Origin: Verrucomicrobiia bacterium | GTDB lineage: Bacteria; Verrucomicrobiota; Verrucomicrobiia; Palsa-1439 | Length of the DNA: 64,000 bases | Assembly (NCBI GenBank): GCA_049515295.1 | Contig: JBEKUF010000001.1 | Location: 3,625 to 67,624 of the forward strand | Direction: 5' to 3' | Part shown: positions 9,751 to 19,399 of the stretch, in pieces | Layout: each line of letters starts with the position of its first letter | Numbering within the stretch: position 1 is the first letter of the stretch | Notes under the pieces: generated by a model | Databases searched by the model: none | Seen by the model: only the letters and a program-made list of their open reading frames with translations | What the model was told of the DNA's origin: nothing | Position numbers and translations under genes: made by a program

Positions 9751-10146
9751 ATGAAGAAAATCGACGCCTTAATTCTCGCGTTTGTAATTAGCTCGTGGGC
9801 AAGTTTTGGCGTCGGCGGATTCGCGCGGCAGTTCATCGGTGGTGAAGCGCGTTTTGGCAAGGTCGAGGGGTCGCGTTACTATACGTACAGCCAAGGTAGA
9901 TACACGGAGGTGTCTCGTTGGATGTTCTACCTTAGCAAGGCCCACTCGGCGTACATCGTGATCACCGGGCCCATTTCCGTTGTGTGCGGCCTCGTCTGGA
10001 TGGCGCTGTTCACCCGTCGCACCCCACGCAGGGAGCAGGACGCCCTATTGAAGCAGGCCGCGAAGCGTTATTCGTATGTTAGTTGGGGCGTGCCGACGTT
10101 GTGGGTGCTTGCGTATTTGGTCTGCGCATTTATCCCGAGAGGATGA
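9751..10146 (+). CDS. hypothetical small membrane protein (low-GC islet)
   Basis: ATG ORF of 131 aa with two predicted TM helices in a stretch of visibly lower GC (9480-10150). No recognisable motif. Confidence 0.4.
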   Translation: MKKIDALILAFVISSWASFGVGGFARQFIGGEARFGKVEGSRYYTYSQGRYTEVSRWMFYLSKAHSAYIVITGPISVVCGLVWMALFTRRTPRREQDALLKQAAKRYSYVSWGVPTLWVLAYLVCAFIPRG

Positions 10147-10254
10147 TATTGTGTGGCAATCCGATTGCACGCACAACTTAGCCGTGATGATAGCAGTTGG
10201 GGTCAGACCTGCATTCGCAATAGCTTCGCTGACGCCGATACTTCTGAGCGTAGT

Positions 10255-10320
10255 AAACGTCGAGTCCGCCGCAGCCGAGCCTTCCAGACGCGACCATCCT
10301 GTGTCCCGGTCGCAAACACC
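10255..10320. repeat. REP-like element family A, copy 3
   Basis: cgagtccgccgcagccgagccttccagacgcgaccatcctgtgtcccggtcgcaaacacc, located between the low-GC ORF and trpS. Confidence 0.55.
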
Positions 10321-10323
10321 GCC

Positions 10324-11289
10324 CTACCGCAACCCGACCGCTTTCCTGACCTTCCCCATCGTCTCGTCGGCCACGGCGTTGGCGCGCTCCGCGCCCTTGC
10401 GTAACACCTCGTGCACGTAATCGAGGTTCTTCACGAGTTCCTCCCGCTTCTGGCGAAGCGGCGCAAAGTAATCCATCAACGCCGCGAGCAATTCCTTCTT
10501 GGCCTCGCCGTAGCCGAAGCCGCCCGCGGCCAGCTTCGCCTGCAATTCATTGGCTTTGTCCGGCGTTGCGACCAACTTGTAGAGCTGCAACGGGATATTC
10601 TTATCGAGGTCCGCTTTCGGCGCTTCCACGGGCTGCGAGTCGGTCACAATGCTCATGATTTTCTTGCGGGCCGCTTTCTCGTCACCGAAAATCTCGATGG
10701 TGTTATTGTAGCTTTTCGACATCTTGCGTCCGTCAATTCCCGGCAACGTGGCGACGTCCGGCTTGATATCGGCCTGGGGAATTACGAATACCTCGCCGTA
10801 TTGGCGATTGAACGTTCCCGCAATGTCGCGCGTCATCTCCACGTGCTGCTTCTGATCTTTGCCAACGGGAACCCGTTCGCCCTGCACGATCAGGATGTCC
10901 GCCGCCATCAACACGGGATAGGTGAACAGGCCCGCATTGGGCTTCAGCCCCTGGGCAATCTTGTCCTTGTAGCTGTGCGCGTTCTCCAGCATCGGCACGG
11001 GCGTCACACTGGAAAGGATCCAGGTCAACTCGGTCACCTGCGGCACATCGCTTTGCCGGTAGAACACCGTGCGGCTCGGATCGAGACCGCAGGCGAGGAA
11101 ATCGAGCGCGACATCCTGGACGTTCGCGCGTAACTCGTCAGGGCTGGAAATCGATGTCAGCGCATGGTAGTCCGCGATGAAATAGAACGCCTCGCCCTTC
11201 TGCGCCAGTTCGAGCGCGGGGCGCATCATGCCGAAGTAGTTGCCAATGTGCAACTTGCCGCTAGGCTGGATTCCAGAAAGAATTCGCAT
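10324..11289 (-). CDS. trpS: tryptophan--tRNA ligase
   Basis: Class-I aaRS signatures: HIGN(Y) at the N-terminus and KMSKS. Length 321 aa. Confidence 0.9.
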   Translation of the reverse strand: MRILSGIQPSGKLHIGNYFGMMRPALELAQKGEAFYFIADYHALTSISSPDELRANVQDVALDFLACGLDPSRTVFYRQSDVPQVTELTWILSSVTPVPMLENAHSYKDKIAQGLKPNAGLFTYPVLMAADILIVQGERVPVGKDQKQHVEMTRDIAGTFNRQYGEVFVIPQADIKPDVATLPGIDGRKMSKSYNNTIEIFGDEKAARKKIMSIVTDSQPVEAPKADLDKNIPLQLYKLVATPDKANELQAKLAAGGFGYGEAKKELLAALMDYFAPLRQKREELVKNLDYVHEVLRKGAERANAVADETMGKVRKAVGLR

Positions 11290-11356
11290 GTCCCGGGCAA
11301 GATACGAAATGCGCGGCGAGCGTTGCGAGGAAAAAATCAGCAGCCCGCGATGTCGC

Positions 11357-12115
11357 TCAGTACTTGTACACCAGCGAGCTGATCAACAGAATGTCGTTTT
11401 CCTTCTTACCCGATGCTGGTCGGCTGTCGAAGTGGTCGTCGGCCACAACTCGCAAACTGAAGCGGGTGTTGAAGGCAGCTTCCGCACCGACCTCACTGTT
11501 CAGTAGATAGTTATTGAAGTCGTCAACCTGTGGCATGAAATCGACTTCTTCCCAGACTTTCGCTGTTTTGGCTTTGTTTAGCGTGTGCTCGCCGCGTTCG
11601 GAGAAGCGTATCGTCACGTAACTCTCCGTATTGCTGCCCAACTTCTGGTCGACAAACGAGGGGCCAATCTCACCATTCAATTTCGATGCGTCGCTCTTGA
11701 TGAAGTAGTAGCCTGCCGCCGGCCCGACGATGATGCGGTATCGAACTTCCGCAATATCATCGTGGTACCCGTCAATGCGCGCACTCCCATAAAACCGCTC
11801 GGTGAACAGGCGTTTGTAGTCGATAAATCCGTGAATCGCTTCCGTCGACTGGGTTTGATTCGTCTGGCCCCAGTTGTTCAGCCCATACTGGCCATCGGCA
11901 CCCAACTTCAAGTGGTTTTGTTCCCAGATGTTTTCAGCCGTGGCGCTGCCGCTCAACAGGAACGTATTGGCGTTGCCCCGAGCCAACGACAAGCCGATCG
12001 ACCCGTCTCCATGCCATACCGGTGCACCGGACGCGGCGGAGGTTTGCGCCCATGCGCCATTACAGGCGATCAAGAACAGTACTGAAAGAGTAATTGCGAC
12101 GATCCGAGTTTTCAT
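11357..12115 (-). CDS. DUF481-family outer-membrane beta-barrel protein
   Basis: Signal peptide (VLFLIACNGAWAQ). Alternating hydrophobic beta-strand pattern ending …LISSLVYKY (aromatic C-terminus). Start refined to the internal ATG at 12113-12115. Confidence 0.6.
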   Translation of the reverse strand: MKTRIVAITLSVLFLIACNGAWAQTSAASGAPVWHGDGSIGLSLARGNANTFLLSGSATAENIWEQNHLKLGADGQYGLNNWGQTNQTQSTEAIHGFIDYKRLFTERFYGSARIDGYHDDIAEVRYRIIVGPAAGYYFIKSDASKLNGEIGPSFVDQKLGSNTESYVTIRFSERGEHTLNKAKTAKVWEEVDFMPQVDDFNNYLLNSEVGAEAAFNTRFSLRVVADDHFDSRPASGKKENDILLISSLVYKY

Positions 12116-12199
12116 GCGTTCCTTCTCCAGTTCGATTTCTGAATCCCTCACCAAGCGGGAGCAAAAATGCCCTAGAAATGCAGGATCGGTCAAGAGTTT

Positions 12200-13405
12200 T
12201 TAGTGCGCCTGCAGCAGCTCATTTCCAGACGATTCCATGGCTCGGGCGGCATCGGCGGGTGTCAACCGGCCCAGCGCCACCGCGTCGGCGATCTCGAAAA
12301 ATGCCTTCTGGTTGAATTCGTCCCAAAACGCGTAGCCCCACGGATTGTCGAGGTGCGAATACTTCAACGCGTCCATCATCGCCGGCGGAAACTGCGCGGT
12401 GGCGGCAGCCGCTTTCAACGCTGGGATCGCGTCGCGGCTCGTCGCAGCCAGCATCGCGCCTTCCGTCGAATAGAACCGTGCGAACTCCGCAGCCTCTTGT
12501 GGATGTTTCGTTCCGCGCCACACGCAGTTGCCGCCAATGGACAGTCGCGACCAGCGCACCTTGCCTTTCGGCACCGCCGCCACGTCCCATCGGAAATCCG
12601 AGACATGGTCAAATTCCGTCAACATGTACGTGCGGCCCACGAGCAGCGGGATTTTTCCGTCACGAAACAAATTCACGCCGTCGAACGCCTCCACCTCGCC
12701 CATTGCCGCCGTCGTGGGGGCCACTCCTCGCGCGACGAGATCCCGATAGAACTGTAACGCCGCAATTGTTTCCGGCGACTTTATCGTGCACTTGCCGCCG
12801 GCGAACAGGACGCCGCCGAACGATTGCACCAGAAGCAGCGGGCGCGGCAAAACGGTGGCGATCTTGTTTTGGCGCTGTGCCGCTTGTCCCGATCTGAGAG
12901 GGGCAAGACGAGAGCCGACATCGGCGAACTTCTGCCAGTCCCACGAGTCATCCGGCGGCGGCTCACCGCCCTTCTCAAACCAGTCGCGATTGTAGAAGAG
13001 CGCATCGGTGCTGAAATGAAATGGCACCATGTAGAGGACACCGTTGACCCGGCAGGCGTCGATCACCTCCGCATAATACCGGTCGGCCACCGGCGCGAGG
13101 TTCGTCGTCATATCAGCGACCTGACCGCGCTGCGCCAGCGACGGAAGGCGATCCACAATATAGTAAAACAAATCGGGAGCGGTTTTGCCCGCCAGTTGGA
13201 CGTTCAATTTTTGGAACTTGGATGTGTCGTAAATCACCCGCACGTGGATTTGCGGATGAGTGTGTTCAAACTGGGCGATAATCTTCTGATGAAGCGCCTG
13301 CTGCTGCGGCAGCGTCTCAATGGTCTGGTAGGTGATCTCCACCCGATTGTCCGCCGGTCGGGCGCAACTCGCGAGCAGCAGCAGGACGATCAGCAACCAC
13401 CTCAT
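12200..13405 (-). CDS. ABC transporter substrate-binding lipoprotein (family 1, sugar/muropeptide)
   Basis: Lipobox LLLLASCA after MRWLLIV (start at 13403-13405). Extracellular solute-binding fold. Overlaps the upstream murK-murQ stop by 4 nt. Confidence 0.7.
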   Translation of the reverse strand: MRWLLIVLLLLASCARPADNRVEITYQTIETLPQQQALHQKIIAQFEHTHPQIHVRVIYDTSKFQKLNVQLAGKTAPDLFYYIVDRLPSLAQRGQVADMTTNLAPVADRYYAEVIDACRVNGVLYMVPFHFSTDALFYNRDWFEKGGEPPPDDSWDWQKFADVGSRLAPLRSGQAAQRQNKIATVLPRPLLLVQSFGGVLFAGGKCTIKSPETIAALQFYRDLVARGVAPTTAAMGEVEAFDGVNLFRDGKIPLLVGRTYMLTEFDHVSDFRWDVAAVPKGKVRWSRLSIGGNCVWRGTKHPQEAAEFARFYSTEGAMLAATSRDAIPALKAAAATAQFPPAMMDALKYSHLDNPWGYAFWDEFNQKAFFEIADAVALGRLTPADAARAMESSGNELLQAH

Positions 13406-15111
13406 CGCAGGGCCTTTTTCACGTTCCAGCCACAACGAATCAACCGCCGGCGCGCTTCGTCCTCGCTGCCGCCCTGTAGCGCGGCCACGATGCGGCACGC
13501 CCGCGCGCGCAGCTTGGCATTGGTCGGTTTCACGTCCACCATTAGGTTGCTAACGACTTTGCCGAGGCGAATCATCGAGACCGTCGTCAGTGTATTGAGC
13601 ACGATTTTTGTCGCCGTGCCCGCTTTGAGCCGGGTCGAACCGGTGATTGCCTCTGGTCCCACGTGGAACAACAACAGCCTGTGCGTGGTCGACCGTGGCG
13701 GAGAAAAACACAGAAGGAACGTCTCGGCCCCCAATCGTTCCGCCTCGTCCAGCGCGCCCAACACGAACGGCGTCGAACCGCTGGCGGCGATGCCGACGAT
13801 CACGTCGCGCCGGCCAACGCCGCGTGCCCGCACGGCCTCCGCGCCCGCTGCCTGATCGTCCTCCGCACCTTCCACGGCCCGATGGAGCGCTGTCGCGCCC
13901 CCGGCGATGATCGCCTGGACCTTCTCGGGATCGGTGGAGAACGTCGGGGGACATTCGCTCGCGTCCAACACGCCCAACCGACCGCTCGTCCCTGCGCCGA
14001 TATAAAACAATCGCCCGCCCCGTTTGAATGCGCGCACGATGCCGCTGACGGCGCGTTCGATGGCGGGCTTGTTTTTCCGCAACGCGGGAACGACGCGCGC
14101 CTCCTCGCCCAGCATCACGTCGACAAGTTGCGACACGGACCGCTTGTCCAAATCCATCGTGCGTGGGTTGCGGTTCTCGGTAACTGGCACGGATAAGGAA
14201 GCGGTTTGCGGAGTCGATACAGACCGCGCGGACGCAAGGCCGGCCAGTTTCAACGCGCCGATCGCGGACTCGCCCCGCATCGGAATGATCTTCGCTCCCG
14301 GCAACAGGGTGCGGACACGGTTCCCGACGAGGATTGCCAGTTTTCGGTTGTGCCGTAACACGCCGCCGCTGAGCGCGACGCGCGGTTTCTCCAAGCTCAA
14401 TTTCTGCGCGACCGCGTGGCAATCCTGCGCGAGAAACGAAGCCGCCTGCAGCATCAACCCGGCATCCCCCTCGAGCATGTCCGTCGCCAGGGCCGCCACC
14501 GCATCCTTGCTGGCGTTCTGGATCCATCCCACAAGTTCGTCCGGCGAATTCAAACACAGGCGCCGAAGTGCGCGTTGCAAACGATGGCTAACGCGACCGT
14601 GCCGATCAAATTCACGGATCGCGGCTCTCAACCCCGTCAACGCGATCCAGTAGCCGCTGCCATGATCGCCCAACAGGTGCCCCCAGCCGCCCGCTCGCGC
14701 CACCCGCGCGCCGTTGCGACCGACCACACACGACCCGGTGCCGCTCACGATCACAATGCCGGAACCGTGCGGACCGAAGGCCGCCGCCAGAGCCGAATCG
14801 GTGTCACTGCCCACATACGCATCCGCGCCCGGCCAGACGCGCTCCGCCAGTGCGCGGGCCCGGGAACGGTCGGCATCTGTTCGGCAACCGGCGAGGCACA
14901 GGGCCAACGATGTGGGACGGGATGCGAGACCGCGTTTGATCCCGCGGAGCCGCTGCCGGGCCTCGGCGTCCGACAGAAGTTTGAGGTTGAAGGGACCGGA
15001 TTCGAGTCGAGAGAGGATTCGACCGTGTCGATCGGCCAGAAGCGCAACGGTTCGCGTGCCGCCGCCCTCGATGCCGAGAAAATATGCGTCAGGTGTGGGT
15101 TCCCCGCCCAT
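13402..15111 (-). CDS. murQ: fusion protein: BadF/BcrA-type sugar kinase (MurNAc/GlcNAc kinase-like) plus N-acetylmuramic acid 6-phosphate etherase
   Basis: N-terminal 300 aa carry FLGIEGGGTRT…GSGYWIA (ASKHA/BadF kinase). C-terminal 300 aa carry SIS-domain MurQ motifs (…NKPAIERAVSGIVRAFKRGGRLFYIGAGTSGRLGVLDASECPPTF…). Single uninterrupted ORF. Confidence 0.75.
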   Translation of the reverse strand: MGGEPTPDAYFLGIEGGGTRTVALLADRHGRILSRLESGPFNLKLLSDAEARQRLRGIKRGLASRPTSLALCLAGCRTDADRSRARALAERVWPGADAYVGSDTDSALAAAFGPHGSGIVIVSGTGSCVVGRNGARVARAGGWGHLLGDHGSGYWIALTGLRAAIREFDRHGRVSHRLQRALRRLCLNSPDELVGWIQNASKDAVAALATDMLEGDAGLMLQAASFLAQDCHAVAQKLSLEKPRVALSGGVLRHNRKLAILVGNRVRTLLPGAKIIPMRGESAIGALKLAGLASARSVSTPQTASLSVPVTENRNPRTMDLDKRSVSQLVDVMLGEEARVVPALRKNKPAIERAVSGIVRAFKRGGRLFYIGAGTSGRLGVLDASECPPTFSTDPEKVQAIIAGGATALHRAVEGAEDDQAAGAEAVRARGVGRRDVIVGIAASGSTPFVLGALDEAERLGAETFLLCFSPPRSTTHRLLLFHVGPEAITGSTRLKAGTATKIVLNTLTTVSMIRLGKVVSNLMVDVKPTNAKLRARACRIVAALQGGSEDEARRRLIRCGWNVKKALR

Positions 15112-15134
15112 ACAACAGCGGGATGTTAACAGAT

Positions 15135-16361
15135 TCAGGACGCCAGCGGCAAGTAGACGCTGAACGTGCTGCCTTGCCCGACCGTGCTCTGGACGTCGAT
15201 GGCGCCGCCGTAACGGGCGACGAGTTCACAGACGATGGCCAGGCCCAGACCCGTGCCTTCCTTCTTACTGGTGAAGTACGGCTGAAAGATCTTGCTGATG
15301 TTCTCAGGCTTGATCCCCGCGCCGTTGTCGGCCATAACAATCTTTGCCATCGGCCTCTGCGGATCAAACGAGTCCGGCCGGAAAGCAAACTCCGACGGCA
15401 TGGACGTGGCGACCGTGGCGGAAAGCTCCAGGGTTCCGCCCCCATTCATGGCATGCAGGGCGTTCACACCGAGATTGATCAGCACCTGCAGGATTTCGGC
15501 GGGACTGACTGTCAGGGTCGGATCCGGATCGCTGACCGTGAACTTGATTTCCGCGGCCCGGTTGGCAGGATGCGCCTTGATCAAGGCCGCCGCGTCTTCC
15601 AGCAGCTTGCTGGCACTGATTGTCTCTGGTGCCTCCTGACGGCCTCGCGAGAAATTCAAAAACCGCCGCGCGATGTCCTTGCAACGATCAATCTCCCGCT
15701 GAATGGACGCAAGGCGCTGTTTGACCTGTCGCGAGGTCTCCTGGTCGGAAACGTTGAGGGAAGCCAGATCGCGCCCGAGCAGGTCCGCGTAGCCGGCGAT
15801 GATCGCCAGTGGATTGTTCATCTCATGCACGACCCCGGCCGAGAGCACGCCCGCCTCGACGGCGCGGCTGAGTTGCGCCAACTCGCCCGCCAGTTGGTCG
15901 TTCGTTCGTTCGAGGGTGCGGAAGGTTTCCTCGGATGCGAGCTTTTCCTGGCGGCGTTTCATGCACTTGTCGAGCACCTCACGCACCGAGAATACATCAA
16001 ACGGCTTGTTGAGGTAATCCGCGGCGCCGTAGCGCACCGCCGCGCGAGCGGTCTCGATTGTCTCGTAGCCGGTCAGCATCACGCATTCGATGTCGGGGTC
16101 GATCTCCTTCAACTCGCGCAATACATCCACGCCGCTAAGGTCCGGCATCTTGATGTCGAGGACGGCCGCGTCCACGACGTGACTGCGCGCGTATTCAATG
16201 CCCTCACGACCGCAGGTGGCGATCACACAACTGTAGCGGTCCTTGAAAACAATGCGGAGCGATTCGCGTGGCCCCGGTTCATCATCCACGATGAGCAACG
16301 TCGGTTTCTCGCCCACCTTGGCTGGCGGAGGTTCTATCGTCAGTGTTTCCAATGTTCCCAT
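15135..16361 (-). CDS. hybrid receiver-histidine kinase (N-terminal REC, C-terminal HisKA+HATPase)
   Basis: REC (LLIVDDE…D…K). H-box VVHEMNNPLAII. N/G boxes (…NLGVNALHAM…, GTGLGLAIV). Confidence 0.8.
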   Translation of the reverse strand: MGTLETLTIEPPPAKVGEKPTLLIVDDEPGPRESLRIVFKDRYSCVIATCGREGIEYARSHVVDAAVLDIKMPDLSGVDVLRELKEIDPDIECVMLTGYETIETARAAVRYGAADYLNKPFDVFSVREVLDKCMKRRQEKLASEETFRTLERTNDQLAGELAQLSRAVEAGVLSAGVVHEMNNPLAIIAGYADLLGRDLASLNVSDQETSRQVKQRLASIQREIDRCKDIARRFLNFSRGRQEAPETISASKLLEDAAALIKAHPANRAAEIKFTVSDPDPTLTVSPAEILQVLINLGVNALHAMNGGGTLELSATVATSMPSEFAFRPDSFDPQRPMAKIVMADNGAGIKPENISKIFQPYFTSKKEGTGLGLAIVCELVARYGGAIDVQSTVGQGSTFSVYLPLAS

Positions 16362-16377
16362 GGTCTATTCTCGCTGG

Positions 16378-17610
16378 CTAGAATTTCAGACTGGTTGTGA
16401 GCAGGACCGCGTTGGCGCTGGTTTCCCACGTGCCGTCCGCTGCCGTCAGGCCGTTGGCGATCCGCGCCGGGCTGCTGCTGACCGTGCGATCCGGCGAGTA
16501 ACTGTATTGGTAAGCAATGTCCACACTGAATCGCGTCGTCGTGTAGCCGAGCCCAACGCTGAACACGTGCCGCTCGCTGTCCGGCAGCGTGGGGGAGAAC
16601 GTGCTATTGGGCACCGTGTTTTGGGAGTAGATATAGCCGCCGCGCACCGTCCAATGTTGGTTCACGTCGTATTGTACGCCGAACTCATAGAAGAAACTGT
16701 CCATCCAGTTGAAATGGATGGTCTCGCCATTGAGCCCTGAACCGGGCGCATGCACGACCACGTTGTTCAGTGTGTTCCAATCGGTCCACTCTATATCGGC
16801 TTCCAGCTTCAACTTCGGGACGGGCCGAAACGCGTACCCCGCAGCCACCGATTGCGGGAACGGAATCGATGTTTGAGCGGAGTTCGATGTCTTGATAACG
16901 GGCGGAACACTCACGTCGGCGTTGCCCTTCAGCGTGACCGTAAACGGGCTGCGATACACCAGCCCGATGGTGTGTTGCGGCGTAATCTTCCACATCAATC
17001 CCGCCGTGGCTCCCAACGCCAGGCCATCCCCATTAAAATGGGCATGACCATCCGGAAGTGGTGCCGCGGGAACGTGGCTGTTCAATCCACTATACGCGTC
17101 GTAGATGTTGAGGCCGGCCCCGAGTGACAGGTGCTCGTTGAACTTATAAGCCACCGTCGGCTGAATGTTGATTACCTGCAACGCGTCGCTCGTGAGGATA
17201 TATCGAAACGGCCCGTTGGGCGCGTAGTCCGCACGGTTGCCGTAGGGAACGTTGACACCGACGCCGAAACGCCACGGCGACTTCGATGCGCCGAAGTCAG
17301 TCGAGAGATACAGGTGCGGGATGAACGACATCGAATTCATTTCACCGCCCGAACCAGCCCCTTTCAACTGAAAATCCGGAAAGTTGACCATCCCGCCGCC
17401 CGTAACTTCCGTGCCTTGAATCTGAGTCAGCCCGCCCGGATTGTAATAGATCGCCGACGCATCATCCGCCTGCGCAACGAACGCTTCTCCCTGCGCCGTG
17501 GCGCGGGCATCCTGGTCGGGGTTCTTGAAGCCGAGCGCGAATACCTCGGGCATACCGGTACCGATTGCCAGCGCTACCGCGCCGATCATCCTGCATGTGT
17601 GCTTGTTCAT
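16378..17610 (-). CDS. FadL/OmpP1/TodX-family outer-membrane channel for hydrophobic compounds
   Basis: Signal peptide. Conserved N-terminal hatch region NPAG-like (…AIYYNPGGL…). About 410 aa beta-barrel ending …LTTSLKF. Start refined to 17608-17610. Confidence 0.65.
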   Translation of the reverse strand: MNKHTCRMIGAVALAIGTGMPEVFALGFKNPDQDARATAQGEAFVAQADDASAIYYNPGGLTQIQGTEVTGGGMVNFPDFQLKGAGSGGEMNSMSFIPHLYLSTDFGASKSPWRFGVGVNVPYGNRADYAPNGPFRYILTSDALQVINIQPTVAYKFNEHLSLGAGLNIYDAYSGLNSHVPAAPLPDGHAHFNGDGLALGATAGLMWKITPQHTIGLVYRSPFTVTLKGNADVSVPPVIKTSNSAQTSIPFPQSVAAGYAFRPVPKLKLEADIEWTDWNTLNNVVVHAPGSGLNGETIHFNWMDSFFYEFGVQYDVNQHWTVRGGYIYSQNTVPNSTFSPTLPDSERHVFSVGLGYTTTRFSVDIAYQYSYSPDRTVSSSPARIANGLTAADGTWETSANAVLLTTSLKF

Positions 17611-17836
17611 GGCTCCGTCCTCCTGGCTGCCGTGTCGTTCCGCCTGTCGAAACGAGACTGCTGCATCCCCATTCAGCAATGCGTATGCCACGGGACGACA
17701 GGGAGACAGAGAAAGTATCTGGGTTGCCCCGGAACCAGTAGTTCCGAAGGGCGTGTGTGCCTGGAAGCCATGGCCCCGTTCACCGGAGCGCAAAATTGGC
17801 CAACCAACTGGTGTTTTGCGGACAACTTTGGATGGG

Positions 17837-19321
17837 TCACATCGCCGCCGGCGTGTTCTTGTCCAACTCCTCCGGTTCTTCGTCCGGTTCTCCCGCCCGA
17901 CTCGAGGCTATGTGAAGCTTGTCCATCTTGTAACGCAGCATTCGCCGGGTGATGTGCAGCGCACGCGCGGCTTCCGTGATCACCCCGTCCGTGCGACGCA
18001 AGGCCTCCTCGATGGCGCGGCGCTCCAGGTCCTCCGTGACCTTCGGCAGGTCCAACCCGGTGTCGTTGAACTCCCATTTCTCCCCCAGATCGACCTGGGG
18101 CGTGGTCGCCGCCAGTCGCGAGGTGATTTGCGCAGTCGCCTGATCCGCCTGTGAAATCACAAACGGCAGGTCTTCCGCGCTGATCTTGGTGGCGTCGCAG
18201 GTAACCAACAAGCGCTCGATGGCGTGCTCCAACTCGCGCACATTGCCCGGCCACGGGTACGACAGCAGTAAGTCCATGGCCGATGGCGAAAATTGCGGGG
18301 CCTCGCGGTTCAATTCCTTGGCAAAGCGCTGCGCGAAATGCAACACCAACTGCGGGATATCGTCTTTGCGGTCGCGCAACGCGGGAACTGTGATCGGCAC
18401 CACGTTGATGCGGTAGTACAGGTCTTCGCGAAACGCGCCCCGGGCAATTTCCTTCTCCAGATCGCGGTTGGTGGCGCACACCAGCCGAACATTGATGCTG
18501 ATCGTTTCCTGGCCACCCACGCGGCGGATTTCGCGCTCCTGGATTGCCCGCAACAGCTTGCTTTGGGTGCCGAGCGGCATCTCGCCAATCTCATCAAGGA
18601 ACAACGTCCCCCCACCTGCCGCCTCGAACATTCCGATGCGCCGCTGCAGCGCGCCTGTAAAGGAGCCCTTCTCATGCCCAAACAACTCGCTTTCCAACAA
18701 CTCGCCGGGAATGGCGGCACAGTGTACGGGAATAAACGGGCCCTCCCGACGGACGCTGTTGTAATGCAGGGCGCGAGCGACGAGCTCCTTGCCCGTGCCC
18801 GTCTCGCCCAGCACCAAAACGGTCGTTTCCGTATCCACAACGCGTTGCACAAGGGCGTAGACCTTTTGCATCGCCGCGCTGGACCCGACAATATTCTCGA
18901 ACTTGCTGACCGCCTGGAGTTCTGTGCGCAACCGGCCCACCTCGCGTTCGAGCGCCTTCTCCTTGAGGATGCGATCCACCACCAACCGAATCTCGTCTAC
19001 ATCGAACGGCTTGTTCAGGTAATCGGCGGCACCCATCTTCATCGCCTGAACGGCCGGTTTGGCTTCGGTGATGGCGGTGACCATAACCACGGGCATCGTC
19101 GGATTGAGCTGCAAAATCTTTGAAAGGACTTCCAGCCCGTCCATGCCGGGCATTTTCATGTCGAGCAGCACGATGTCGAAACGCTCCTCCCGGCCCATCA
19201 CTTCCAACCCGCTGGTACCGTCCCCCATGAGCGTCACATCGTAGCGGTCCTTCAAAATGAACCGTAACGACTCGCGTGGACTCTCCTCGTCGTCAATGAC
19301 CAGAATCCTTGCCTTTGACAT
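17837..19321 (-). CDS. sigma-54-dependent response regulator (NtrC family: REC + AAA+ + HTH)
   Basis: REC (ILVIDDEE…D…K). AAA+ Walker A GETGTGKE. GAFTGA-like ESELFGHEKGSFTGA. C-terminal Fis-type HTH. Confidence 0.85.
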   Translation of the reverse strand: MSKARILVIDDEESPRESLRFILKDRYDVTLMGDGTSGLEVMGREERFDIVLLDMKMPGMDGLEVLSKILQLNPTMPVVMVTAITEAKPAVQAMKMGAADYLNKPFDVDEIRLVVDRILKEKALEREVGRLRTELQAVSKFENIVGSSAAMQKVYALVQRVVDTETTVLVLGETGTGKELVARALHYNSVRREGPFIPVHCAAIPGELLESELFGHEKGSFTGALQRRIGMFEAAGGGTLFLDEIGEMPLGTQSKLLRAIQEREIRRVGGQETISINVRLVCATNRDLEKEIARGAFREDLYYRINVVPITVPALRDRKDDIPQLVLHFAQRFAKELNREAPQFSPSAMDLLLSYPWPGNVRELEHAIERLLVTCDATKISAEDLPFVISQADQATAQITSRLAATTPQVDLGEKWEFNDTGLDLPKVTEDLERRAIEEALRRTDGVITEAARALHITRRMLRYKMDKLHIASSRAGEPDEEPEELDKNTPAAM

Positions 19322-19399
19322 CTGTTTGTCTCCTCCTTCGATCCATTCTCTGTTCCACCTTGTGGCCAACCGGCGACCGCGCCCTCCCCCGGTGCCTCG

